The notes under the pieces were generated by a model. It worked only from the letters and a program-made list of their open reading frames with translations. It ran no database searches and was not told the DNA's origin. DNA of 64,000 bases from Acidimicrobiaceae bacterium (GTDB lineage: Bacteria > Actinomycetota > Acidimicrobiia > Actinomarinales > Actinomarinaceae), in contig JAOMBT010000001.1 of NCBI GenBank assembly GCA_028344675.1, positions 14,998-78,997 of the forward strand, given 5' to 3'. Shown piece by piece: positions 1 to 9,855 of this stretch; the stretch's first letter is position 1; every line of letters starts with the position of its first letter. The translations under genes and the position numbers were made by a program.

Positions 1-1067
<1,067 letters not shown>

Positions 1068-1068
<1 letters not shown>

Positions 1069-1382
1069 TGTTTGTTGAGGTTGTCTCACCAGAGGAGAGT
1101 TGTTTCTCAGGAGATGCGACAATGGTAATTTCAAGAACTCCTAACGGCGAGATTGGAATACTTGAGGGTCACGAACAAACTGTTGCAACTCTCATGCCAG
1201 GTGGACTCACTATTGAACATGACAATACAAGAACTAGTTTTGCAATCTCTGGTGGAATACTTCAAATTACTGGAGAGAAAGTTATTGTTCTTGGCGAACT
1301 AGTAGAAAAGATTGATGGAGATCACGATAAAGCTATTGAAATTGGTCAAGAGTTAGCTAAAAAAGCCTTTCCAGCCGAATAA
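1068..1382 (+). CDS. atpC: ATP synthase F1 epsilon subunit, unusually short (104 aa)
   Basis: It sits directly after atpD with a TAATG 1-nt overlap. The N-terminal beta-sandwich is epsilon-like (VVSPE...GILEGH...GG). Only about 24 residues follow that domain. Confidence 0.85.
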
Positions 1383-2212
1383 TGTCTTCACTTCTAGCAT
1401 TTCACGCTCACCCTGATGACGAGAGCGTCTCGACTGGAGTTACCCTAGCAAAATATGCTGATGAAGGTCACAGGGTAGTAGTTGCTACCGCAACAGATGG
1501 TTCTGCTGGTGAAATTCATAACTACGATAATCCAGAAGAACTTTTTCCTAAACTCGCAGAAATGAGAAGAAAAGAGTTAGAGGCAAGCCTTGAAGCACTT
1601 GGTGTCAAAGAGTATGAGTGGATGGGGTTTAAAGATTCTGGAATGATGGGTACTAGTGAAAATGATGATCCAGACTGTTTCTGGAGGCAGAACTATTTTG
1701 ACCCTGTTGGAAAACTGGTCGACATAATTAGAAAATATAAACCAGATGCTCTAATCACATATGACCCTTTTGGAGGCTATGGTCATCCAGATCATATTCA
1801 GACACATAGAATTGGAACCGCAGCCTTTTTTGCAGCTAGTGACTTAGACAAGTTCCCACTTAAAGAAAATCAAGAAGTCTGGATTCCAGAGCGTCTGTAT
1901 TACAGTGCTTGGTCTAAGACAAGAATGCAATCAAGAAGACAACAGATGTTTGATGCTGGAATTATTTCAGAAGAAGAATTTAACAGATTTAACCCAATTG
2001 GCAGTGAACATGATGATATAGATGTTGAAGTCGATGGAAGAAAATATGTTGAGCATAAAATTAATTCTATGAAAGCTCACCGCAGTCAGTTTAAAGATGA
2101 CTGGTGGGGTTTTAATATTCCAGATGAATTTAAAGAGGATTTTTTAGGATATGAAAACTACATACTTGCTTTCAATAGAGGGCCTTGGTCTTCAGAAACA
2201 GATTTAATCTAA
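1382..2212 (+). CDS. LmbE/PIG-L family N-acetylglucosaminyl deacetylase, Mca/MshB-like (mycothiol-type amidase/deacetylase)
   Basis: It has the zinc-site motifs AHPDDE near the N-terminus and GHPDH at mid-protein. Length and layout resemble actinobacterial Mca. It overlaps the atpC stop by 1 nt (TAATG). Confidence 0.75.
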   Translation: MSSLLAFHAHPDDESVSTGVTLAKYADEGHRVVVATATDGSAGEIHNYDNPEELFPKLAEMRRKELEASLEALGVKEYEWMGFKDSGMMGTSENDDPDCFWRQNYFDPVGKLVDIIRKYKPDALITYDPFGGYGHPDHIQTHRIGTAAFFAASDLDKFPLKENQEVWIPERLYYSAWSKTRMQSRRQQMFDAGIISEEEFNRFNPIGSEHDDIDVEVDGRKYVEHKINSMKAHRSQFKDDWWGFNIPDEFKEDFLGYENYILAFNRGPWSSETDLI

Positions 2213-2230
2213 AAAAGTCATTAACTTAAC

Positions 2231-2263
2231 GTATATTTTTTGTTTACTTTGCGTTTAACTGTC
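2231..2263 (+). promoter_or_regulatory. Candidate Pho box: three consecutive 11-nt direct-repeat units upstream of pstS
   Basis: The units are GTATATTTTTT, GTTTACTTTGC and GTTTAACTGTC. An 11-nt period is typical of OmpR/PhoB-family operators. The repeats lie 46-78 nt upstream of the pstS ATG, with an AT-rich -10-like TGAATAT just downstream. Confidence 0.3.
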
Positions 2264-2308
2264 ATGAATATCTTGGAACCAGTTAATTAAATTAAAGAAA
2301 GGAAATCC

Positions 2309-4153
2309 ATGATTAGATCAAAATCTAAATTCTGGTCTCTGCTTCTTGTAATGGTACTTGTCCTTGCTGCCTGTGGTGGTGGTAGCGACGATGCTGCTGA
2401 AGAATCAGGTGGAGAAGATTCAGTTACTCAAACAACTGTTGCATCTTCTTCTGGTGGATCATCAAGTTCAGACTCAGGTCTAACTGGTGAAATACTAATC
2501 GATGGATCTTCAACCGTATTCCCTATTACACAAGCTGTAGCTGAAGAATTTACAGCTGTTAACCCAGGTGTTCAAATATCTGTTGGTGTTTCAGGAACTG
2601 GTGGAGGATTCAAGAAATTTTGTCCTGGAGAAACAGATATATCTGATGCTTCAAGACCTATTAAAGCAAAAGAGAGAGATCTCTGTGCAGAAAATGGTAC
2701 TACATACACTGAACTTCAAGTTGGTGTAGACGCACTTTCAGTTGTTGTTCCAACATCAAATGACTTTGCAACATGTCTTACAACTGAAGAGTTAGGTGCT
2801 ATATGGGGTGCTGACAGCACAGTTACTAACTGGAATCAAGTTAGAAGCTCTTTCCCTAATGTAGCACTTGACCTATATGGTCCTGGTACTGACTCTGGAA
2901 CTTTTGACTTCTTCAATGAAGAAATTACAGAAGACTTGGGCGGTAGCCGTTCTGACTACACAGCATCAGAAGATGACAACGTTCTTGTGAACGGTGTATC
3001 TGGATCAGCTGGTGGTTTAGGATACTTTGGACTCGCATATTATGAAGAGAACAAAGATAAGCTTACTGCTGTTGAAGTAGATGCTGGAGATGGGTGTGTT
3101 GGTCCAGAAGGTGCCTTTACTGGTACATACGGACTTGCAAGACCATTGTTTATTTATGTAAATGATGCAAAAGTAAACGACCCAGTTATAACTGCTTTTG
3201 TCGATTTCTACTTTGACTCATTAGATCCAATTGTAGAAGCTGTCGGTTACATTCCGATGTTGGCTGACGCTGCTGCAAGACAATTAGAGTATTGGCAAGT
3301 TGTTACAGGAAAAGCATTGTCTGGTGAAATCTTAATTGATGGTTCATCAACTGTTTTCCCTATTACCCAGGCTGTAGCAGAAGAGTTCACAGCAGTGCAT
3401 CCTAATGTCAACATTTCTGTTGGTGTTTCAGGAACTGGTGGAGGATTCAAAAAATTCTGCCCTGGTGAAACAATGATTTCAGATGCTTCTCGTCCAATCA
3501 AAGACAAAGAGAAAGCATTATGTGAAGAAAACGGAGTTAACTATTTAGAAGTACAAGTAGGTATTGATGCACTTTCAGTTGTTGTTCCAACATCAAATGA
3601 CTGGGCTACATGTCTTACAACTGCTGAACTTACTTCAATTTGGGGTGCTGACAGCACAGTTACTAACTGGAATCAAGTTAGAAGCTCTTTCCCTAATGTA
3701 GCACTTGACCTATATGGTCCTGGTACTGACTCTGGAACTTTTGACTTCTTCAATGAAGAGTTAACAGAAGATAATGGCGGTAGCCGTTCTGACTACACAG
3801 CATCAGAAGATGACAACGTTCTTGTGAACGGTGTATCTGGATCAGCTGGTGGTTTAGGATACTTTGGACTCGCATATTATGAAGAGAACAAAGATAAGCT
3901 TACTGCTGTTGAAGTAGATGCTGGAGATGGGTGTCAACCACCTGAAGCAGCATTTGAAGGAAATTATTTCTTAGCAAGACCACTTTTCATCTATATAGCT
4001 GAGTCTGCAAAAGGAATGTCTGCAGTTAGAGAATTCGTCGATTTCTACTTTGTAGCTATGGACGCGATTGTACCTGCAGTAGGTTATGTACCTATGTTAG
4101 CTGAACAAAAAATGGCATCATTAATGTCATGGTCAGCATTTAGTAGGGGATAG
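2309..4153 (+). CDS. pstS: Phosphate ABC transporter substrate-binding lipoprotein with two complete PstS domains fused in tandem
   Basis: It has a signal peptide with lipobox LAAC (Cys22) and a Gly/Ser/Asp-rich linker. The PstS (PBP-like_2) motifs [22 protein letters not shown] and ISDASRPIK each occur twice, 279 aa apart. pstCAB follows directly. Confidence 0.9.
   Translation: MIRSKSKFWSLLLVMVLVLAACGGGSDDAAEESGGEDSVTQTTVASSSGGSSSSDSGLTGEILIDGSSTVFPITQAVAEEFTAVNPGVQISVGVSGTGGGFKKFCPGETDISDASRPIKAKERDLCAENGTTYTELQVGVDALSVVVPTSNDFATCLTTEELGAIWGADSTVTNWNQVRSSFPNVALDLYGPGTDSGTFDFFNEEITEDLGGSRSDYTASEDDNVLVNGVSGSAGGLGYFGLAYYEENKDKLTAVEVDAGDGCVGPEGAFTGTYGLARPLFIYVNDAKVNDPVITAFVDFYFDSLDPIVEAVGYIPMLADAAARQLEYWQVVTGKALSGEILIDGSSTVFPITQAVAEEFTAVHPNVNISVGVSGTGGGFKKFCPGETMISDASRPIKDKEKALCEENGVNYLEVQVGIDALSVVVPTSNDWATCLTTAELTSIWGADSTVTNWNQVRSSFPNVALDLYGPGTDSGTFDFFNEELTEDNGGSRSDYTASEDDNVLVNGVSGSAGGLGYFGLAYYEENKDKLTAVEVDAGDGCQPPEAAFEGNYFLARPLFIYIAESAKGMSAVREFVDFYFVAMDAIVPAVGYVPMLAEQKMASLMSWSAFSRG
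2486..3322 (+). repeat. Intragenic tandem repeat unit 1 (first PstS domain), period 837 nt
   Basis: I aligned it by eye to 3323..4150. It starts at [12 protein letters not shown]. Confidence 0.9.
3323..4150 (+). repeat. Intragenic tandem repeat unit 2 (second PstS domain)
   Basis: It starts at [12 protein letters not shown]. Segments 3641..3759 and 3776..3934 are nucleotide-identical to 2804..2922 and 2939..3097. Confidence 0.9.
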
Positions 4154-4176
4154 TCACTTTAATTAAAAAATAGTAA

Positions 4177-4204
4177 TTTGTGAGGGCAGAAATGCCCTCA
4201 CAAA
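4177..4204 (+). terminator. Perfect 12-bp stem with GAAA tetraloop between pstS and pstC (attenuator or mRNA-stabilising hairpin)
   Basis: The hairpin reads TTTGTGAGGGCA-GAAA-TGCCCTCACAAA. It is GC-richer than its surroundings and has no clear U-tract on the + strand. Confidence 0.45.
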
Positions 4205-4225
4205 CTACAATAAAAATATCAAACT

Positions 4226-5155
4226 ATGGAAAATAAAAAAGACCTTCGTAGTCAACTTACGAAAACAATTACACGTCCAGTTGAAAAAATTGTAAAATTT
4301 TTTATTACAGCCTCTGCTTTTGCCGCAATTCTTATATCCATCTCAATTATTTTCACATTATTAACTGAAGCTATTAATTTTTTTCAAGATCCAGCAGTAA
4401 CTTTTAAAGGGTATTTCACTGCAACTAGGTGGACTCCTACTTTCCAAAATCCCGAATACGGTGTTATTGTTTTGATTTCCTCAACCCTCTACATAGCTGT
4501 TATTGCTTGTCTTATTTCTTTTCCTTTAGGGTTATTTTCAGCTATATATTTATCTGAATTTGCAACAAAAAGAACAAGAAAAGTAATCAAACCAGTTTTA
4601 GAAGTATTAGCAGGTGTGCCTACCGTAGTATTTGGTTACTTCGCACTTAACTGGATTACTCCGAATATAATTCAGAGATTTATTCCAGGTACGGGAGTAT
4701 TTAATGCTTTGTCGGCAGGTATCGCTGTTGGCATCATGATAATCCCTACAGTCGCCTCTATCTCTGATGATGCTCTCAATGCAGTTCCAAATTCTTTAAG
4801 AAATGGGTCATTAGCACTTGGTGCTACTAGAAGAATTACATCACTTAAAATTATGTTTCCTGCAGCCCTTTCAGGCATTATTGCATCATTTATATTAGGT
4901 TTTTCAAGAGCTATAGGTGAGACAATGATTGTGACCATTGCAGGTGGGCAGTATCCTGAATTAAATTTAGATCCAAGAAGTGCAATGTACACGATAACAT
5001 CTTCAATAGTAAATGTATCTCTTGGTGACACACCTCATGGCACTACTGCTTATAATGCTTTATTCGCACTTGGTATAACTTTATTTATTATGACTTTTAT
5101 TCTGAATATAGGTTCTGATTATATTGCCAGAAAGTATAGAAAAGAATATGAGTAA
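4226..5155 (+). CDS. pstC: Phosphate ABC transporter permease PstC
   Basis: It is a multi-TM protein with an EAA-like loop (FSRAIGETMIV) and occupies the pstC position in the pst operon. Confidence 0.92.
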   Translation: MENKKDLRSQLTKTITRPVEKIVKFFITASAFAAILISISIIFTLLTEAINFFQDPAVTFKGYFTATRWTPTFQNPEYGVIVLISSTLYIAVIACLISFPLGLFSAIYLSEFATKRTRKVIKPVLEVLAGVPTVVFGYFALNWITPNIIQRFIPGTGVFNALSAGIAVGIMIIPTVASISDDALNAVPNSLRNGSLALGATRRITSLKIMFPAALSGIIASFILGFSRAIGETMIVTIAGGQYPELNLDPRSAMYTITSSIVNVSLGDTPHGTTAYNALFALGITLFIMTFILNIGSDYIARKYRKEYE

Positions 5156-6068
5156 CGAAACACTTATAACCGGCAAGAAAGCTGAAAATGCTATCAAAGA
5201 AAGTTTATTCCTCTTTACATTATATATATGTGTAACGATTGCTATTTTAACTCTGATGACCTTAATCTATGATGTGCTTTCTACTGGGACTACAAGATTG
5301 ACATCAGATTATGAGGTTGGTCTCATTACAAAAATACAAATTGATAATCCTGTAGACTTTTTAACAACATTAGACTCACGATATCCAGATAGAGCTGGTA
5401 TCGGCCCTGCTTTTGCTGGGACAGTATGGCTTATGATAATAGTTGTTTTTGTAACATTTCCTTTTGGTACAGGAGCGGCAATATATCTTCAAGAATTTGC
5501 CCCAAAAAATAGATTAACAAGGTTTATTGAATTAAATTTAACTAACTTAGCAGGAGTCCCTTCTGTTATTTATGGTCTACTAGGGCTAGCGGTGTTTGTA
5601 CGTTTAGCTGGATTTGGGAGATCTGTTCTTTCAGGTGGTTTAACATTAACCCTGCTGATTCTTCCAGTTGTCATTGTGGCATCTAGAGAGGCTCTTAAGG
5701 CTGTTCCAGACACAATACGCCAGGGTGCTTTAGCACTTGGAGCTACCAAATTTCAGGCAGTTTTTAGACAGGTTGTACCTTCTGCAATTCCAGGAATGGT
5801 AACTGGGATGGTCCTCGGACTCTCCCGAGCGATTGGAGAGACTGCTCCATTAATTTTTATGGGTGCTTTGACTTATGTTAATTATTTTCCTGGTACCCCT
5901 TTAAGTGGTTTTACTGCTATTCCAATCCAAGTCTATAACTGGATTGGATATCCTCAGGCTGAATGGAAGGAAACAGCTTCAGCTGGAATCATCTTACTTT
6001 TGGGTTTATTATTAATCATGAACTCAATAGCAATATTCATTAGAAACAGATACGAAAAGGATTTATAG
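5148..6068 (+). CDS. pstA: Phosphate ABC transporter permease PstA
   Basis: It is a multi-TM protein with the loop LSRAIGETAPL. I prefer the ATG at 5148 (ATGAGTAA overlap with the pstC stop) over the ORF-track TTG at 5124. Confidence 0.9.
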   Translation: MSNETLITGKKAENAIKESLFLFTLYICVTIAILTLMTLIYDVLSTGTTRLTSDYEVGLITKIQIDNPVDFLTTLDSRYPDRAGIGPAFAGTVWLMIIVVFVTFPFGTGAAIYLQEFAPKNRLTRFIELNLTNLAGVPSVIYGLLGLAVFVRLAGFGRSVLSGGLTLTLLILPVVIVASREALKAVPDTIRQGALALGATKFQAVFRQVVPSAIPGMVTGMVLGLSRAIGETAPLIFMGALTYVNYFPGTPLSGFTAIPIQVYNWIGYPQAEWKETASAGIILLLGLLLIMNSIAIFIRNRYEKDL

Positions 6069-6092
6069 TGATATTTATAAAGGAGACAAATA

Positions 6093-6902
6093 GTGGAAAC
6101 TAAAGAAACAGTCCAGGTCAATAACGAAAGCGTATTTAATGTAACAGACCTATCTGTAAGTTACGGAGACTTTGTCGCAATCAAAAATGTAAATATGGAT
6201 ATTACTAAAAACAAAATTACTGCTTTTATTGGGCCCTCAGGTTGCGGGAAAAGCACATTAATAAGAACATTTAACAGGATGAATGATCTTATATTAGGTG
6301 CAAAAGTTAATGGAACAATAACATATCAGGGAGTTGATTTATACGACAAAATGGTTGACCCAGTTCAGGTCAGAAGAAGAATTGGAATGGTTTTTCAAAA
6401 ACCTAATCCATTTCCAAAAACTATAAAAGAAAATATTACCTTTGGACTTAAAGTCAATAACATGACTGACAATATGGATGAAAGAGTGGAGAAAGCATTA
6501 ACTCAAGCAGCATTATGGGATGAAGTAAAAGATGATTTAAACAAAAATGCATTAGAACTATCTGGTGGCCAACAACAAAGATTATGCATTGCTAGAACAA
6601 TTGCAGTTGAGCCAGATACAATTTTGATGGATGAGCCTTGCTCTGCATTAGACCCTGTAGCAACAAAAAAAATAGAAGACCTCATGCAAGACCTTGTAAA
6701 AGAATTCTCGATACTTATTGTGACACACAACATGCAGCAAGCTTCAAGATCTTCTGATTACTGTGCATTTTTTACAACTAAAACCTCTGATGATGGAAAA
6801 AGAAGAACTGGAGAATTAGTTGAGTTCAATGAAACAAGTGTTATGTTTACTACTCCTGATCAGGAGTTAACAGAACAATATATATCAGGCAGGTTCGGAT
6901 GA
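6093..6902 (+). CDS. pstB: Phosphate import ATP-binding protein PstB
   Basis: It has Walker [10 protein letters not shown], the signature LSGGQQQRL and Walker B ILMDEP. A GTG start is preceded by AAGGAG. Confidence 0.95.
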   Translation: METKETVQVNNESVFNVTDLSVSYGDFVAIKNVNMDITKNKITAFIGPSGCGKSTLIRTFNRMNDLILGAKVNGTITYQGVDLYDKMVDPVQVRRRIGMVFQKPNPFPKTIKENITFGLKVNNMTDNMDERVEKALTQAALWDEVKDDLNKNALELSGGQQQRLCIARTIAVEPDTILMDEPCSALDPVATKKIEDLMQDLVKEFSILIVTHNMQQASRSSDYCAFFTTKTSDDGKRRTGELVEFNETSVMFTTPDQELTEQYISGRFG

Positions 6903-7540
6903 GTTTACAGGAAAAGATTGAAAACCTTGAAACAGATCTACATTTAATGGGCAGGCTTGTTTTAGATGCTCTAGTAGATGGCGTTAGGGCTTTAGAAGAT
7001 AAAGACGTTAATAGAGCAATAGCAACAATAGAAAAAGATGATGAAATCGATGCGGCTTACCTTAAAATTGACCAAGACTGGGTTGAGCTTATGGCCACAG
7101 AGCAACTTGTAGCAACAGACTTAAGACTTTCTACATCTATTTTGCAAGCAAGTTTACATTTAGAGCGTCTTGGTGATTTGGCGGTTTATCTTGGAAATAC
7201 AACACAAGAGATTTTTGATTCACCATTACCAGAGACAGTACATGCAACAGTTGTAGAGATGGGGGATTTAGTAATTGATATGGCTTCCTCCGCAATGGAA
7301 AGTTTAAAAAATAGGGATAAAGACCTAGCTTTAGCAACAGCCGAAAAAGATAATCAGGTAAATAGACTATATAACTCAATGCTAGAAGAAGCTCCAAAAA
7401 TTGCAGGCAACGAAGATTTGTTCAAAGGATTATTCAGGCTTGTTACTTGTATAAGGACATTAGAAAGAGGTGGAGATCATGCAGTTGATATTTGTGAGTT
7501 AACACACTTTTTAGTAACCGGAGAATTTAAAGAATTTTAA
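6899..7540 (+). CDS. phoU: Phosphate signalling regulator PhoU
   Basis: It has the two-repeat PhoU layout (ERLGD and ERGGDH motifs). It overlaps the pstB stop (ATGA). Confidence 0.9.
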   Translation: MSLQEKIENLETDLHLMGRLVLDALVDGVRALEDKDVNRAIATIEKDDEIDAAYLKIDQDWVELMATEQLVATDLRLSTSILQASLHLERLGDLAVYLGNTTQEIFDSPLPETVHATVVEMGDLVIDMASSAMESLKNRDKDLALATAEKDNQVNRLYNSMLEEAPKIAGNEDLFKGLFRLVTCIRTLERGGDHAVDICELTHFLVTGEFKEF

Positions 7541-8235
7541 TGTCAGGCAAAATTTTATTAGTCGAAGATGAACACAGTATTGCCGAGCCCGTAATTTACA
7601 ATTTAAAACAAGAAGGTTTTTCTGTAACACATGTTGATGAAGGACCTATTGCTCTTGAAATTTTCAGTGAAGAATCATTTGATTTAATTATTTTAGATTT
7701 AATGCTTCCAGAAATTTCCGGACTAGATATATGTAGATCTATCAGGAAAGAATCTGATGTGCCAATAATAATGGTTACCGCAAAAGACAGTGAAGCAGAC
7801 AGAGTTTCAGGTCTAGAGCTAGGGGCTGATGATTATGTTACTAAGCCTTTTTCTGTAAGAGAATTGATGAGTAGAGTTAGAGCTGTATTACGAAGAACAA
7901 CAACAACAACAAAAACAAATAAGACTAATAAATCCATTAAATCTGGAAATATTGAAATTAATTTATCAAAATATGAAGCTAAAGTTGATGATAAAAATAT
8001 TGATTTAACACCAAGAGAATTTGAGCTTCTTTATGCTTTTTGCGAAAATGAAGGTAATTTAATGTCCAGAGAGCAAATTTTCGATGAGATATGGGGGTAT
8101 TCTTTCATTGGGAATACAAAAACACTTGATGTTCATATTCAAAGAATTAGAGAAAAAATTGAAAAAGATCCTAGAGAACCCAAAAGACTTGTAACTGTTA
8201 GGGGAGTCGGATATAAATTAGTTACTGATGAATAA
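7540..8235 (+). CDS. OmpR/PhoB-family response regulator (PhoP/RegX3-like)
   Basis: The receiver domain has LLVEDE, DLIILDLMLP and VTAKD. The C-terminal winged helix has TLDVHIQRIREK and RGVGYKL. The linker is Thr/Lys-rich. It overlaps the phoU stop by 1 nt. Confidence 0.92.
   Translation: MSGKILLVEDEHSIAEPVIYNLKQEGFSVTHVDEGPIALEIFSEESFDLIILDLMLPEISGLDICRSIRKESDVPIIMVTAKDSEADRVSGLELGADDYVTKPFSVRELMSRVRAVLRRTTTTTKTNKTNKSIKSGNIEINLSKYEAKVDDKNIDLTPREFELLYAFCENEGNLMSREQIFDEIWGYSFIGNTKTLDVHIQRIREKIEKDPREPKRLVTVRGVGYKLVTDE
7897..7911 (+). repeat. (ACA)5 trinucleotide repeat encoding TTTTT in the response-regulator linker
   Basis: Read directly: aca aca aca aca aca, in frame. Confidence 0.9.
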
Positions 8236-8917
8236 CAATTCTCAGAATATTGATAAATTAAAACAAGAATTTATAGCTAATGCATCTCATGAACTTAAAA
8301 CTCCTGTTACTTCAATTCAGCTGGCTGTTGAAACAGCTATAACTGCTTTAGAAAATTCAGAACTCGAAGATACAAGAAAATTTCTAAATCAAATACTTAA
8401 AGACAGTCAAAGAATGACATTGTTGCTTTCTGATTTACTAGACCTTTCTCAGCTTGAGGTCAATGATCCTGTAAAAGAAACAGTCAATTTGAAAAAGATA
8501 ATTGAAGCTGAGATAGGATTCCTCTCTAAAGAAAATAAAAAAAGAGTAATTTTTGAATCTGCAGATATTGATTTTTTATTAGATCCAGATGATTTCTCAA
8601 TGATTGTAAGGAATCTGTTAAGGAATGCCTGTAATTATTCTGAGCAGAACGAAATAATAACAATAAATTTACTTTTCGATAATTCCGAAGTAATTCTATC
8701 TGTTTTAGATAAAGGAAGAGGTATTTCAATGTCAGATCAAGAAAGGATATTTGAGAGATTTTATAGAGTTGACAAAGGAAGGTCCAGAGCTCTAGGCGGA
8801 ACAGGAATTGGCTTATCTTTAGTCAAACATGCTGTAGAAAGAAATAATGGTGATATCCAGCTAAAAAGTAAACTCGGAGAAGGTTCTGAGTTTATAGTTA
8901 AATTTTTTAAAACATAG
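8228..8917 (+). CDS. Minimal cytoplasmic histidine kinase (DHp + catalytic domain only; PhoR/SenX3 position)
   Basis: The H-box ASHELKTPV has its His at residue 21. It also has the N-box RNLLRNACNYS, G1 DKGRGIS, F-box FERFYRVD and G2 GGTGIGLSLVK. There is no TM, HAMP or PAS region. It overlaps the regulator gene by 8 nt. Confidence 0.88.
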   Translation: MNNNSQNIDKLKQEFIANASHELKTPVTSIQLAVETAITALENSELEDTRKFLNQILKDSQRMTLLLSDLLDLSQLEVNDPVKETVNLKKIIEAEIGFLSKENKKRVIFESADIDFLLDPDDFSMIVRNLLRNACNYSEQNEIITINLLFDNSEVILSVLDKGRGISMSDQERIFERFYRVDKGRSRALGGTGIGLSLVKHAVERNNGDIQLKSKLGEGSEFIVKFFKT

Positions 8918-8990
8918 TTCTTTAACAGAAATTTACTTTCCTATAGCTTAAGTTTACATTCCATGAACTTAGGATTGTTATATTTTTAGT

Positions 8991-9752
8991 ATGGAAAATT
9001 TTATAACCTACTTTGTTGATGAGATAAAAAATTACGCTCTTGATGGATACTATAAAGACTTCAGCATCAGGACTAAGCCAGATGGGTCCGTTGTTACAGA
9101 TATTGATGTTTTGGTAGAAAAGAAAATAATTAAACTTTTAAACAAAAAGTTTCCAAATGATTCAATTCTCGGTGAAGAAACAGGCTTTACAAAAGGTACC
9201 AATGATATCACTTGGGTTATTGACCCTATAGATGGGACACGAGCATTTTCGCAACATAAACCTGAATGGGGTGTGTTGGTTTCTAGAATAGTAAAAAGTG
9301 AAATTTCTACAGGTATAGTCATTTGCCCTGTTCAAGATATTTACACTGCCGTTCATAATAATAATTTAATCATTTCTTCTTTTGATTATGAACAAATCGA
9401 AATTGCTGATAAAGAAGATTATTTGATTTCTTGTGAGGATAATCTTGATCTGTTGGATGTTTTTAGTAATGAAAAGGTTTTATTTCGTAATAAGAATCAA
9501 TTTTGTAAAGAGATAATCTCTTTAGGATTTTCAACATTTGATGGTGTTATAACCTCTGCCCCTTTTGCTCACGATAGGCTTGCGTATGAGCCGATAGCAA
9601 AATATATTGGTGGTACTGTTAGCACTTTAGATGGTTCTCAGATTGGAATGTTTGATGAAAATGTAGTTACATTGATATGCAAATCTGAAAAAGTTAAGAA
9701 AGATATAGTAAGTAAGATAACCAAAGTTAATTCAAATTACAAAATTGCTTAA
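8991..9752 (+). CDS. Inositol monophosphatase family phosphatase (SuhB/HisN/CysQ-like; substrate unknown)
   Basis: It carries the IMPase motifs ILGEE and WVIDPIDGTRAF. Confidence 0.75.
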   Translation: MENFITYFVDEIKNYALDGYYKDFSIRTKPDGSVVTDIDVLVEKKIIKLLNKKFPNDSILGEETGFTKGTNDITWVIDPIDGTRAFSQHKPEWGVLVSRIVKSEISTGIVICPVQDIYTAVHNNNLIISSFDYEQIEIADKEDYLISCEDNLDLLDVFSNEKVLFRNKNQFCKEIISLGFSTFDGVITSAPFAHDRLAYEPIAKYIGGTVSTLDGSQIGMFDENVVTLICKSEKVKKDIVSKITKVNSNYKIA

Positions 9753-9855
9753 TGTCTCAATTAAGGAAGTTTTTTGAATTTTTTTAACAATTATTATTCA
9801 TAAAAATGTGATGCTATTTGTTGATACTTTGTAAATAAAGGTATATTAATTTATT

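Noticed and set aside
5124-5147. A TTG start for pstA, as in the ORF track.
   Set aside because: The ATG at 5148 gives the common ATGA-type coupling with the pstC stop. A conserved-looking N-terminus begins there, so the extension is probably not translated. Confidence in this call is low either way.
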